Assembly (NCBI GenBank): GCA_963842945.1
Contig: CAWJIM010000020.1
Span: forward strand, 96,001 to 160,000
Source of the DNA: an uncultured Gemmatimonadales bacterium
GTDB taxonomy: Bacteria; Gemmatimonadota; Gemmatimonadetes; Gemmatimonadales; GWC2-71-9
DNA: 64,000 nt
Direction: 5' to 3'
Position 1 is the first letter of the stretch; the number at the start of each line of letters is the position of its first letter. A program made the translations under genes and the position numbers. The notes under the pieces are model-generated. The model did no database searches. It was given only the letters and a program-made list of their open reading frames with translations, and was not told where the DNA came from. Shown here piece after piece: positions 45,267 through 56,424 of this stretch.

Positions 45267-46136
45267 CTAGTTGTCGCACACCGGCACCCCCGGCCGGGTT
45301 TCGTGCCGCCGTTGAGCGTCGGTGACCGGGCGCTCGGCCACAGGACCAAACCAGATGACACAGCTCTTTCCGGGGAACCGGGCATGGGTGGCTTTCGCCG
45401 TCCAGCTCTGCGCGTCCGCCGCCAGAATCCTGACCTGCACGTCCTTGTGCCAGAGGTATTGGAGCGCCAGGTTCTCCGGGCGCTTGGCGTAGAACCCCTG
45501 CATTGCAAAGAACGTTTCCTGCGAGTGCGCCAGGTTCCGGAGGTCGACCTTCATGAGCACCCGGGGGTCCAGAGCGTCCAGCGCATTCCCGGTGTCGGGC
45601 GACGCTGACTGAGGCTTGGCAGCCTTTGCCGCCCGGCCGGCTCAGCTGCTGCCGGGGGGGAGGGCTGTGGTATAGAGGCCCGAGCGTCGTCACAGACCGG
45701 AACCCCCTCGCGGCCGCGTCGGCCGTACTTGACCGTCGTTGGCGGCCTCCGCGATCGGCCGACGAAGATCACGCAGTCCCGCCCTGGAAGACTGGTATGG
45801 GTACCCCTGGCCGCCCAGCCGTCCCTCGAGATCCGCAGGAACCGTATTGTGGTGTTCGAGTCCGGCTTCAATCCCAGATGCGACAGCTCGTCGGTATAAG
45901 TGCCGTTCTCGGCGAAAAACGTCTCCTCGGCGGTAACCAGGCGTCGCAGCGTCCCCCTGGTCTCGGAAAAGGCGGCGGCCGCAGTCTCCGGGTCTATCCG
46001 GCTGCCATCTTGCCGCCTTTCACGTGACTGGGTTGGACGGCTACTGGAGTCGGCGGTGCTATCCGCACGGGCGCCTGTCCAGAGCCCGTCGCAGGTTGAC
46101 ATCACTACAGGCAGCCGACAACAGGATGACTGCCAT
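45267..46136 (-). CDS. Putative lipoprotein with two tandem type IV pilin-like head domains, frameshifted
   Basis: Domain 1 LRRLVTAEETFFAENGTY...GWAARGTH...DCVIFVG...REGVPVC. Domain 2 DLRNLAHSQETFFA.QGFY...SWTAKATH...SCVIWFG...RPGVPVC. N-terminus LMAVILLSAAC. Confidence 0.6.
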
Positions 46137-46547
46137 GAGCAAGCCAAGTACTGACTCGGCGTTAGAAATAGGGGCCTCGGTACTGCGACTTGAGGGCGAG
46201 CTGGGGGGGTCAGGACTGCTCCACCGGACGGCCTCCCCATTACCTGCCGCGCGAACCAACGTGGGAGGATATGGTTTGGATCCTCCGAAGGTAGCGTCGC
46301 AGGGTCGAGCCGCAAGTCTCTGGGTCGATGTGGAAACTCCTCGCGAACCCACGACCAGGGAATGTCTTGCGGACCCGGAGACGTTGCCGCATCTTAGGCG
46401 GACAAGTTTCTATGCATAGGTCATTTTAGCCATTCCGGGGCCGCGCCCAGTCGCTCGGCGCTAGAAGTCATGAGGTTGTACTTGAGGTTGCTACTTCCCC
46501 CGCCAGCGGCTGCGCCCACCGCGCCTCGGCGACAGTCCCGCGCTACA

Positions 46548-47214
46548 ATGTGCGCAACCCGGAGGCGAGTTTCGACATCTGCCGCTCGTGAAATTCTCCT
46601 CGCAAGCTTGCTCGCGATCACTCCGGGAATGGTGCTGTCGCAGACGAAGCCTCACGTCGCGGATAGCGCTGCGATTGCTTCCGCCAGTCTGGGGCCTGGT
46701 GACTTCATCCATCTCAAGATTTGGCGCGAACCCGATCTGTCCGACACCGTTCAGGTGGACAACGAGGGTGTGGCTGTATTCCCCAAGCTAGGTCCCATGC
46801 AGGTGACCGGAATCCGGCCTGACTCGCTGGAACGGCTGTTGGTGCATAGGTACGGGCAGTACTTGCGGAATCCGACCATCAAGGTGTCGGTCCTGCGTCG
46901 CATCGCCATATGGGGATCGGTCATGCGCCCAGGAACTTATCCGGTGGACCTGACGATGAGCATCACCGATGCGCTCGCGCTCGCGGGCGGTGCTTCGGCG
47001 GATGGAACAACCGACAAGGTGGAGCTCCGACGCGACGGCAAGCGGTATATGGTGAACCTCTCGGACAAGCCTGAACGGTCGGGCGAGCTCGCGCTCCGGT
47101 CCGGCGACCAACTCGTGGTTCCCCAGCGGAGTTGGGTCAGTCGTAATACCGGGCTTAATCATTGCGGCCGTCGGTACTGTCACCAGTATCGCCTGGCTAG
47201 TCTCACGAAACTAG
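46548..47214 (+). CDS. Polysaccharide export protein (Wza-like, Poly_export + SLBB), probable C-terminal frameshift
   Basis: LGPGD...L.IWREPDLS, P.LG, GSVMRPG.Y, DALALAGG, LRSGDQL.VP. The hydrophobic tail IIAAVGTVTSIAWLVSRN* is in a shifted frame. Confidence 0.85.
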
Positions 47215-47425
47215 CAGAGTCCTGAGGACTCCTTGAGTCACATCACAGTCCGCAGCGAACCGTCTGTCGGGAGCCTTTTACCATTGGCTGAGTCGATAGC
47301 CGAAGGCGAATCATATTCCCGGCGGGCCACCTTGCGCGCGCAAGTGGCGGCGTTTGCGGGATCGCGATCCGAACGTGCTGGTCTGATGTCCCGTATGACA
47401 GCACCTACGAAATACTTCCGGGTTT

Positions 47426-48958
47426 ATGAGCACAATGCCAGTACTCGCTAGCCGTCGGAAGGAGGGCGGAGGAGCTAACGGAGCGCACACCGGCGGCCAG
47501 GCTCCGGGCCAGAGTCGCGGGCTACCTGCCTCGCCTGCAAAACGACTGCAAGCCAAGCGATTCCTCCGGATGGTCCGGGTCGGCGATACCGCGATTGCAA
47601 TGGTCGTTCTGCTCGGCGGATTTCTGGCGTCAAACATCGACCGAATGCCCACTGGGCTGCAGGGCTTTCTAGAGATTCGGCTGACCGTCAAGAATCTCCT
47701 GTTGGTGATCGGATTCGCCGTTGCGTTTCGGCTGATCTGCGTCCTCATGGGGCTCTACGACGACAAGCGGATCGCGGACCTGCGCGCGGAGGCTAGAAGG
47801 ATCTTGGCGGCAGTGACTATGAGCTCGATGATCGCTCTGATCTTCCCCTTGATCAGCGTGACTCACGCCTTTGACCCTGTCGCGCTCGTTTTGTTCTGGA
47901 TCGGAAGCGCCACGAGTATGCTCCTCTTCCGAGCCGGTCTGCGAGGTCTACTCTATGCACCGCTGCCCAAGGGGCACGATGTCCTGATTGTGGGGAGCGG
48001 GCCACGCGCCCTCACAGTCTACCAGGGCCTATCCGGAGACCAAGGCAACGGGTTCCGCTTGCTTGGATTCGTGGACTCCTCTGACCGGGAGGTGGCACCA
48101 GAAATTCGGAGTCGTATGCTGGGCACTCTCGATGAGCTCGAAGAGATACTAATGCGGCGTCCGGTCGACGAGGTTCTTATCGCGCTGCCGGTCAGATCGC
48201 GATACACTGAAATCCAGCGCGCAATCGAGATCTGCGAGCGTGGAGGCGTGCCGGCTCAATATCTCGCCGATGTATTCCAGCATCGGCAGAATGGCAAGCA
48301 GCAGCTTGCGGCGGGGCCTCTCACCGCAGTCCCGGCGCACGGGTTCCCCGAGGATGCCGGGTTGATTGTGAAAAGGTGCCTGGACGTGATACTCGCAGGG
48401 CTCGGGTTGGCACTCGCCTTGCCAGTGCTCGCGGCTGCGGCACTCGCCATCAAACTCACAAGCCCCGGCCCAGTCCTCTTCGCTCAGGAGCGTTACGGGC
48501 TGAACAAACGCAGGTTCAAGATGTACAAGCTCCGGAGCATGGTCGTCGGCGCCGAAGACCAGCAGCAGCTCCTTGAGGCCAACAACGAGGCCAGCGGCCC
48601 GGTGTTCAAGATCCGCGCGGACCCTAGGATTACCCCGGTGGGCCGGGTGCTCCGGCGCCTCTCAATCGACGAGCTGCCTCAGCTGATCAACGTTCTCCGC
48701 GGTGACATGTCTTTGGTCGGGCCGCGCCCGTTGCCCGACCGGGACGTGAGCCGATTTTCACAGCCGACCCTCATGCGCCGGTTCAGCGTGTACCCAGGTA
48801 TCACAGGTCTCTGGCAAGTGAGTGGCCGAAGTGAGCTGACATTCGATGACCTGATCCGGCTCGATCTTCAGTATATCGACGGGTGGTCCCTTCAGCTCGA
48901 TCTACAGATCCTTCTCCGGACGGTGCCGACGGTGATTTACGGCCAGGGAGCAGTGTAG
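47426..48958 (+). CDS. Priming polyprenyl-phosphate hexose-1-phosphate transferase (WcaJ-like)
   Basis: N-terminal TMs, KR.LD, SPGPV.F.QER.G, FKMYKLRSM, DPRIT.VG, SIDELPQL.NVL.GDMSLVGPRP, PGITGLWQV.GR. Confidence 0.93.
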   Translation: MSTMPVLASRRKEGGGANGAHTGGQAPGQSRGLPASPAKRLQAKRFLRMVRVGDTAIAMVVLLGGFLASNIDRMPTGLQGFLEIRLTVKNLLLVIGFAVAFRLICVLMGLYDDKRIADLRAEARRILAAVTMSSMIALIFPLISVTHAFDPVALVLFWIGSATSMLLFRAGLRGLLYAPLPKGHDVLIVGSGPRALTVYQGLSGDQGNGFRLLGFVDSSDREVAPEIRSRMLGTLDELEEILMRRPVDEVLIALPVRSRYTEIQRAIEICERGGVPAQYLADVFQHRQNGKQQLAAGPLTAVPAHGFPEDAGLIVKRCLDVILAGLGLALALPVLAAAALAIKLTSPGPVLFAQERYGLNKRRFKMYKLRSMVVGAEDQQQLLEANNEASGPVFKIRADPRITPVGRVLRRLSIDELPQLINVLRGDMSLVGPRPLPDRDVSRFSQPTLMRRFSVYPGITGLWQVSGRSELTFDDLIRLDLQYIDGWSLQLDLQILLRTVPTVIYGQGAV

Positions 48959-49481
48959 AGATCAGCGAATACGAGTTACTACTTGCCGCTCCCGAACAAC
49001 CGGTTTTGTCCCATCTCGTCTTCCCCGGCTGCGAGCCATCGTCGGAGGATGGACGGGGACAAGATCCAGATCGGCAGTGTCGTAATGCGCGTAGTGTCTC
49101 ACGAGCGCGCTCGGCCTTGCGCAACCCAATCAGCGACTGCACACTATGGATGCAGTTGCTGCGCCAGTCCGATAAGCCGATGGTACGCTTGATCTACGAG
49201 CAGAATTGCAGGGTTTATCGCGTTGCGCAGAGCACCAGGTGCCATTCGATGCTCAACCCTACCCCTCCGGCAGGCCGCCGGGTGGGCATAGCTCCTCGAA
49301 GGATTCTTTGAACACGCCGTCCCACTTTGGGTGGGCCGACTCGATTTGTACGTAGTCTAGGCTAAGGAGTTCGCAAGTGAGGTTTGACAGGATCTGGTTT
49401 GGCGGCAAGGCGGGGATCGTGGCAGCTCGCATTACCGACGCCGCGACCATTGCGGTCGCTGTGATTCAGTAATCGGCGATC

Positions 49482-51983
49482 ATGTTCCCCATGGTCCCAC
49501 GTGTGCCCGGCCAACGGCAGATAGAGCCCGGCGCTTTTACTCCGCCGCTCCCGGGCCATCTCACCCTACGCGATGTCACGGCGATGCTGCGCCGTCATCG
49601 TTTCTTAGTTGCACTCTGTGTGCTACTGGCGGTTGCTCTGGGCGGAGCCTACACCCTGCGCGCCCCTCGAGTCTACGAGGCCAGCAGCGTTCTGCAGTTC
49701 GATTCGGAGGAAATCAATCTCCCCCAGTTGGTACAGCAGCTCTCCACCGAGAACCGGATCAGCACCGAAATACAAGTCTTGCAGGGCCCGAGCGCGGCCG
49801 CGGCCGTAGTTGATTCTCTCGGTCTGCGCGCTCGCCTGGTCGCACCTCGCCGCGCCCAAATCTCGCAGCTTTTTTCGCTACTTCGGGTGGCGCCGGGTAG
49901 CGATACTCTCACCCTGATCCTGGTGACAGGACCCGGTGGGAGTTTAATGATGAGACGACGGGAGTCGCCTCATGACGAGGTGTCGGTGCCCATTGGCGAC
50001 ACGGTTCAGGTTGGTGGCCTGACTTTCGCCCTGGCTGCAGCTGCCCGGGATGTGCCTGAGCTCCGTCTAGTGGTCGGATCGATGGCCGAAGCTGTTGCGC
50101 TATTCAGATCCAGTCTCCAGGTCTCCCGTCCTGCCAGAGATGCCGATCTGATTGTCGTGCACGTCCGGGCAAGCGACCCCGGTCAGGCAGCCGCTGCCGC
50201 CAACCTCCTGACCCAACAGCTTATTTCCCGGCGCCACGGGACCCAGTTGGCGCGCACCGGCAGCACCGTCCAGTTCCTCAAGCACCAACTGGACACGCTG
50301 GGCACTCAGCTGCGCCGGGCGGAGGATGCCCTGCGGGCTTATCGCGAGCGCGCCGGTGTCGTCGACGTCGAGGAGGAGGCCAGGACTCAGGTGAGGCGTC
50401 TGGCCGATATTGAGGCCGACCGGGGTGCAATGGAGGCGGAGCGGCAGGCACTGGCTCTGCTGGTGCAACAGATGCGAAGCGATTCGGCGCGGGCGCTACC
50501 GGGCGGTCAGGCGAAGTCGCGAGGCCTCGTCTCATTCCCGACCCTGTTCAAGAACGCGGCTGCTTCTGAGCTGCTCGCAGCGCTGGCCCAAGTAGAGAAC
50601 GAGCGGTCCGCACTCCTGGTCAGGAGGAAGCCCGAGGATCCGGATGTGCAGGTGCTCACCAACAGGATCAGGGAACTCGACGCGCAACTCCAGGGTATCG
50701 CGGAAACGTACCTGCAAGGCCTGACCAACCAGGTAAGTGCGCTTCGGGAGGTGGCCCGGGGTTTCGGAGGGGCGCTCAACACGTTGCCAAAGAAGGAGGT
50801 CCAGACGGCGCGACTGGAGCGAGAGGTGAAGGTTCAGCAGGATCTTTACACCTTGATCCAGACCCGCCTCAAGGAAGCGGAGATCACTCGGGCGATGGAG
50901 GATCCGAGTGTCCGCATAGTCGACCCTGCGGTCGTCCCCAACAGTCCCGTTTCCCCCAGACCACTGCTCAACCTGGCGCTCTCTCTCGTGGTCGGTTCCC
51001 TGCTTGGCGTGGTGACCGCGCTCGGCCGGGAACTGAAGGACCGATCGATTCGCACGCGGGGCGATGCACTTCTTGCCGCTGGGCTCCCTGTCGTTGGAGC
51101 AATTCCGCGTCTGGAACGTCGACCCGTCAAGTTGTTGCCCCAAAAGACTCAGCCACCAAGGCGTGCCAACCCAGCCGGCTGGACCTTCCTTGGGTCGTCC
51201 GTTCCAATAGCCCAAGCAGCAACCACCCCCCCGCAAGAGCATCGCCGCCTGCATCGCGGAGCGGCCGCGCGCCTCTATTCCCGGCTGGTCACTCGAAGGG
51301 AGACGCCAGCGGCCTATGTTGAGTCCTTGAATCAGCTCCATGCGAATCTGGTGCTCGCGAACCAAGAGCGGCCGCCCAAGGTCCTGGTGTTCACTAGTCC
51401 TCTGCCCGGGGAGGGGAAGACCCTTTCAATCATCAACTTTGCGCTGACGCTGGCGGAGCGGGGTCTGCGTGTCCTCCTGGTCGACGCAGATTTTCGCCGT
51501 GGCCTGGTGAACGAGGTGTTTGGCTGCGCGCGCGCACCCGGGTTCGCCGAGCTGTTAGCGGGGTCCGCGCGGTTCGAGGACGGGGCCCATCGCGTCGCGG
51601 TTGGCGAAACCGGTGCACTGGTGATCCTGCCCGCAGGCGCCCTGCCCTCAAACCAGCGTCAGCTGATGACTATTGAACGGGCCCGGGAGGTCACTCAGGC
51701 CCTCGCTCCTGAGTTCGACGTCGTGCTCATCGATAGTCCTCCCGTCAACTTGCTCGCGGATGCCGCGCTGCTGGGGTCAGCTGCGGATGCGGTGGTGCTG
51801 GTAGTGCGGGCCGGGCACACCCGGGTCGACGCGGTCCGCTTCGCGATGGAACAACTGACCGCGGCGCACGCCCCGGTCATTGGCACTCTTCTTAATGACA
51901 TCGACCTCCGCCGCAATGCCGACGATGACGGCTCCTATCGCTACATAGTCGAAGTGGAGCGTTATTACTCAGGCCGAAGCTAG
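49482..51983 (+). CDS. wzc: Polysaccharide co-polymerase / tyrosine autokinase (Wzc-like)
   Basis: Wzz-type N-terminus, coiled coil, PVSPRP..NL TM, Walker A TS..PGEGKT, LVDAD.R, IDSPP, and a short Tyr-containing tail. Confidence 0.9.
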   Translation: MFPMVPRVPGQRQIEPGAFTPPLPGHLTLRDVTAMLRRHRFLVALCVLLAVALGGAYTLRAPRVYEASSVLQFDSEEINLPQLVQQLSTENRISTEIQVLQGPSAAAAVVDSLGLRARLVAPRRAQISQLFSLLRVAPGSDTLTLILVTGPGGSLMMRRRESPHDEVSVPIGDTVQVGGLTFALAAAARDVPELRLVVGSMAEAVALFRSSLQVSRPARDADLIVVHVRASDPGQAAAAANLLTQQLISRRHGTQLARTGSTVQFLKHQLDTLGTQLRRAEDALRAYRERAGVVDVEEEARTQVRRLADIEADRGAMEAERQALALLVQQMRSDSARALPGGQAKSRGLVSFPTLFKNAAASELLAALAQVENERSALLVRRKPEDPDVQVLTNRIRELDAQLQGIAETYLQGLTNQVSALREVARGFGGALNTLPKKEVQTARLEREVKVQQDLYTLIQTRLKEAEITRAMEDPSVRIVDPAVVPNSPVSPRPLLNLALSLVVGSLLGVVTALGRELKDRSIRTRGDALLAAGLPVVGAIPRLERRPVKLLPQKTQPPRRANPAGWTFLGSSVPIAQAATTPPQEHRRLHRGAAARLYSRLVTRRETPAAYVESLNQLHANLVLANQERPPKVLVFTSPLPGEGKTLSIINFALTLAERGLRVLLVDADFRRGLVNEVFGCARAPGFAELLAGSARFEDGAHRVAVGETGALVILPAGALPSNQRQLMTIERAREVTQALAPEFDVVLIDSPPVNLLADAALLGSAADAVVLVVRAGHTRVDAVRFAMEQLTAAHAPVIGTLLNDIDLRRNADDDGSYRYIVEVERYYSGRS

Positions 51984-52528
51984 TTGCAGGGGCTCGTGTA
52001 GCCGGAGGTGTGCAGCAGCCAGGACCAGTCTCGTCGTGCACCACTGGTGGACGAGAACAGACACACGCAGCAGCCCGCGGGAAGGGCATGGAATCCCGGG
52101 GTGGCGGTGAGGGTGCAGTCTACCCGGACGATTGTGCGATTCGCCCCTGGACGTATACCGTCGTCTGGAATACGCAATCCTCTTACCAGTCAGGCCTCCC
52201 CGAGGGTCTCTCGAATTTTCAGCAACGGGGCACCTGTTCATTGGGTGGCTCTCCTGTTTCTAGCGGCGCGATCGGAGTCCATGCACGTACCCGTAGGTGG
52301 ATTCGCAGGTCCACGCCGCGCCGGGATCGCAGATCCTCACTCACCCTTCTGACGGCCTGAATCAACAAGAGCCAGGTGAGCTGCTCCCAGGCCTTTTCGC
52401 CCGGAGAGGCCTCTGTTCCAAAGCCGAAGTTCGAGGATGTTCCCAGCCACTCCCAATGGGCCCGGAGTAAGGGAAGAGCTGTGAAGCTGTCGAGCGCGTG
52501 ATATGGAGAGACCAAATAAGGCGAAACG

Positions 52529-54124
52529 ATGTCATTAAGCAGGAATTTCATTAAGAACAGTTTCTTCAATGTCGCCGGCTGGCTATGGCTCACGATTATC
52601 AGCGTCGCGACAGTCCCTTATATCGTGAAGAAGTTGGGGTACGATGCCTACGGCGTCCTGAGCCTCGTCTTCATGGTCCTGGGATATTTTGCTTTTATGG
52701 ACCTAGGCCTCGGCGAGGCGGTCATCAAGTACGTTTCTCATTATCATGCTCTGAAGAATTACGAGAAGATGAACCGGATCCTGAACTCGATTCTGTTCCT
52801 GTTTATCTCCATTGGGATCGTCGGAGGGGTCGGGATCATCCTTTTTACAGAGTTCTTTGCGATCAAGCTGTTCAAGATCCCCCCTCCTCTTGTCAACGAT
52901 ACGCGGTTCTGCTTTTTCCTGTCCTCTATAGGGTTCGCGCTCATCATGATCCTTGGTGCTCTTTCCAGGATCCCCGAGGCTGTTCAAAGGTTTGATATCA
53001 GCAATCGCAACAATGTCATCACTGGGACTCTAGTCAGCATCGGCAATGTGGCTCTCTTGGCCATAGGCCTGGGCTTGAAAGAGATCGTCGTGTTAAACCT
53101 CTTTTCAGAGATCCTGGGAATCTCTCTTTTTTACCGGGCCGCAAGACAGTTGATCCCGGAACTTAAGTTCTCTTTCCGGTTCTACGTCGTCGAGTTCCAA
53201 GAGGTCATGGGCTTTGGTCTGTACACGGTATGCATCAAGTTCGGCAGCCTGATCATTGCGACGGTCAACCAGCTCATTCTGGGACTTGTGATCGGGCCGG
53301 CCGGGGTGGCCATATACAATGTCCCGTTCAAGATCATTACCCGCTTCAATGGGTTCGTCTACCGAATAGCGTTCGTCATTTTCCCGGTCAGCAGCGAACT
53401 GCAGGCCACCGCGGACACGCAGAAGCTGCACGAATCCTATCTCAGATTGTCTAAATTCGTATTCTTGCTGAGCAGTATCCTTTTTCTGCCATTGGCGGCC
53501 TTCTCGCTCCAGATCCTCCAATACTGGATGGGCGCTGATTTCGCTGCGAAGGGTGCGGTCGTGATGTTCTATTGCTGCGTTGCGTTCTATTTCATAAGTC
53601 TTACGATGGTGCCGTCTCTTGTCGCTCTGGGGATGGGGAAGCCGGCCATGAATGCCGTTTTTGCGTCAATCACGGCCGGCATTAATCTGGTTCTCGTCTA
53701 TCCATTTACGAAACATTGGGGGGTGAACGGCGCCGCCGCCGCACTTTTGGTCAGCTCCCTGCCTTTCCCGGTCTATATCTATTTTGTGAACCGGAACATC
53801 ATCAACGTTGATGCCACTCGCTACTTCAAGGTCGTGTTCGGCCGTATGGCTGTTGCAGGGCTCATCTTTTTCGCTATCGTCAGCAACTTTGTGACTAAAC
53901 TAGCGACATCTGGTCCCAGATTCCTTTTCCTGATACTTGTGAATTATTTCTTCTTTAGTGTCCTTGTTTATTTCGTTGGCCTAGATGGGGAAGAGCGCAC
54001 AATCATACGCGACAGGATAGCAGATGTCAGAGCCAGGCTGCTAACCAGCGCAGCCTCAGCAGACCCCGACGGAAACCTCAAAGAAAACATATCAGGAGCG
54101 TCAAGATACAGGACGCCGAGATGA
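52529..54124 (+). CDS. wzx: Oligosaccharide flippase (Wzx)
   Basis: About 12-14 TMs, P.IV..LG...YG, DLGL; lies in the polysaccharide cluster. Confidence 0.88.
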   Translation: MSLSRNFIKNSFFNVAGWLWLTIISVATVPYIVKKLGYDAYGVLSLVFMVLGYFAFMDLGLGEAVIKYVSHYHALKNYEKMNRILNSILFLFISIGIVGGVGIILFTEFFAIKLFKIPPPLVNDTRFCFFLSSIGFALIMILGALSRIPEAVQRFDISNRNNVITGTLVSIGNVALLAIGLGLKEIVVLNLFSEILGISLFYRAARQLIPELKFSFRFYVVEFQEVMGFGLYTVCIKFGSLIIATVNQLILGLVIGPAGVAIYNVPFKIITRFNGFVYRIAFVIFPVSSELQATADTQKLHESYLRLSKFVFLLSSILFLPLAAFSLQILQYWMGADFAAKGAVVMFYCCVAFYFISLTMVPSLVALGMGKPAMNAVFASITAGINLVLVYPFTKHWGVNGAAAALLVSSLPFPVYIYFVNRNIINVDATRYFKVVFGRMAVAGLIFFAIVSNFVTKLATSGPRFLFLILVNYFFFSVLVYFVGLDGEERTIIRDRIADVRARLLTSAASADPDGNLKENISGASRYRTPR

Positions 54125-55257
54125 TCAAGGTCTATTACGACGGGAATATATTTTACCGGCAGAGACACGGCGGAATCAGTGTCGTTTTCAGCGAGATATT
54201 CAAACGCATCGGCAGGAATAGGGACTTTGAATGCCTGTGTACGTTCCCGTCGGACAATATCTGTGCGGACGTCCGGGATATCCGCAAGGCGATTATCCCC
54301 AAGACCCGGCCCCACCGGTATTTTCCGCATGTCTGGAATGTTTTCAGTTGTGCGTATGCGTTCCTTTTCCGGCCCGACATATTTCACAGCACGTATTATT
54401 CCTCGCCTTGCGGAGGCCGGCCAACGAGAAATGTGCTGACCATCCATGACATGATCTGCGAGCTTTTCCCGGAGGAGTTTAGCGGCGAGGACAATGGGGA
54501 ATTTGTCAAGCTCAAGCGGGATTTGGCCCACAACGCCGACGCGATCGTATGTTATTCGGAATCAACGAAGGGGGATGTGCTGCGGATCTATGAAGACATT
54601 CCTCCGGAAAAGGTCTATGTGATCCACAACGGCGTTGATGAGAGTTTTTGTCAACCGGTCAGCCATCAGCAAAAGGAGGAGTTCCGAAGGATATCCGGCC
54701 TGACGAAGCCGTTCTTCCTCTACGTCGGGCGGCTCAACAACCTGTACAAGAATTTTCAGCTTCTGCTCGAGGTCTATACCTCGACCCCCGAGCTATACGA
54801 ACGGTGTGACCTGGCCGTGGTCAGCGCGGACCGGTTTGATGAACAGCAGATGGCACTGATTAATGGACATCCCGAGAGGGTCAAGCGCTTTGCCGGGCTC
54901 GATGCGCACCAGCTCAAACTAGTTTACGCCTGCTGTCACGCGCTCGTTTACCCGTCAAAACATGAAGGGTTCGGGATCCCGATCCTAGAGGCCATGGCCT
55001 GCGGCGCTCCGGTGCTGGCTGCGGGAGTCTCTTCGTTGCCAGAGGTCGGGGGAGATGCCGCATTATATTTTGATCCGCGGTCGAAGGATGAGCTACGGGA
55101 ATGCATGCTACAAGTCTGCGACAACAACGGATCACGGGCGGATCTAGTCTCGAGGGGCTACGAAAACTTGACCCGGTTTTCTTGGGACAGGGCAGTCCGG
55201 CAGCTGGAGCAGATCTACAAGGGTCTTGTTGCTGGTCAGCCGGGCAGTCAGAAGTGA
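54121..55257 (+). CDS. Glycosyltransferase family 4
   Basis: Q.HGGIS, FHSTYY, TIHDMI.E, LYVG, YKNF, YPS..EGFGIP.LEAMACG.PV, SSLPEVGG, FSW. Confidence 0.92.
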   Translation: MIKVYYDGNIFYRQRHGGISVVFSEIFKRIGRNRDFECLCTFPSDNICADVRDIRKAIIPKTRPHRYFPHVWNVFSCAYAFLFRPDIFHSTYYSSPCGGRPTRNVLTIHDMICELFPEEFSGEDNGEFVKLKRDLAHNADAIVCYSESTKGDVLRIYEDIPPEKVYVIHNGVDESFCQPVSHQQKEEFRRISGLTKPFFLYVGRLNNLYKNFQLLLEVYTSTPELYERCDLAVVSADRFDEQQMALINGHPERVKRFAGLDAHQLKLVYACCHALVYPSKHEGFGIPILEAMACGAPVLAAGVSSLPEVGGDAALYFDPRSKDELRECMLQVCDNNGSRADLVSRGYENLTRFSWDRAVRQLEQIYKGLVAGQPGSQK

Positions 55258-55385
55258 CGAGATGATATCGAGCTGAATGGAAGATTAGCATGTTGCAAGA
55301 ACCGATCTCCCGAGAGGCTTACCGCCACCAGGACATTCCCGTGGACGCTTAATCTCCTGGTGCCCTTTATCGTGTGAACACAATC

Positions 55386-56141
55386 ATGAGAGTGTCGGTC
55401 ATCACAGTGTGCTGGAACAGCGAGGCCGTCCTAGGCCGTGCCCTGGCCTCGTTGCGGGCGCAAACGTGGTCGGACATTCAGATGGTAATCGTGGACGGCG
55501 GCTCCACTGACGGCACCGTGTCACTCGCACGCACTTTTGCTCACGACGGCGATGTCATCGTCAGTGAACGTGATGACGGCATCTACAACGCGATGAACAA
55601 GGGACTCACCCTTGCGACGGGCGATCTCATTTACTTCCTAAACTCAGATGATCGCCTCTTCGGCCCCGATGTCATCGCCGACATTGCAGAAGTGGCAGCG
55701 GGCGCGTCCGCCGACATTATCGTCGGCGACGTGCTATGCAGCAGCCAAGATGCTCGTTTCCGTAAATCGCACGCTCATATCAGGCGATGGAACTTGGTAC
55801 ACGAGCGCATTTGTCATCAGGCAGCGTTTGTTCGCCGCGCGGTGTTCGAGCGGTTCGGTGGGTTCGATGAGCGTTACAGAATCAGCGGCGACCACGAGTT
55901 TTTCGTCCGCGCGTTACGCCGTGGCGCGACGTTAGAGTATGTGCCTAAGGTCATTGCGGAATTCCAACTCGACGGTATGAGCTCGCGTGCAGGACTGGAA
56001 GTGAGAGCGGAAACCAACGACATTCTTCGGCGGTATAAGCGCCCGCTTGATGTACCACTGCTGCTTGGGTATCGCCTCGTCCGCAAGGCTTATCGAACTA
56101 TCAGGGGACACTGGTTGGATCGACCGACTCGGCAACGCTAA
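55386..56141 (+). CDS. Glycosyltransferase family 2 (WcaE-like)
   Basis: SVITVCWN, VDGGSTDGT, SE.D.GIYNAMNKG, FLNSDD, ICHQ. Confidence 0.92.
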   Translation: MRVSVITVCWNSEAVLGRALASLRAQTWSDIQMVIVDGGSTDGTVSLARTFAHDGDVIVSERDDGIYNAMNKGLTLATGDLIYFLNSDDRLFGPDVIADIAEVAAGASADIIVGDVLCSSQDARFRKSHAHIRRWNLVHERICHQAAFVRRAVFERFGGFDERYRISGDHEFFVRALRRGATLEYVPKVIAEFQLDGMSSRAGLEVRAETNDILRRYKRPLDVPLLLGYRLVRKAYRTIRGHWLDRPTRQR

Positions 56142-56424
56142 TCGCGGAAGCGAGGTTCCGCGCCTCACTCTGCGTTTGCACGTACCGACGCAGGATCTTT
56201 CATCGTGAGGTCAGAACGTGGGGCTTAGCTTGGCGGAGCTCTAGTCGCTGTCATCGCAGGGGCATCGCAGCGCGAAGCGACCACGAGTTGACCCGGTATT
56301 CTCTTTGCACCTGTCGTCAAGAGCCGCAGCTCGCTGCGGTTAACCTGAGGCTCATCTTGCATCACAATGCACTCTGGTGCACGCCGCATCACACGCGTCG
56401 CTTTCAGCCAATGGCATTCTGGCA

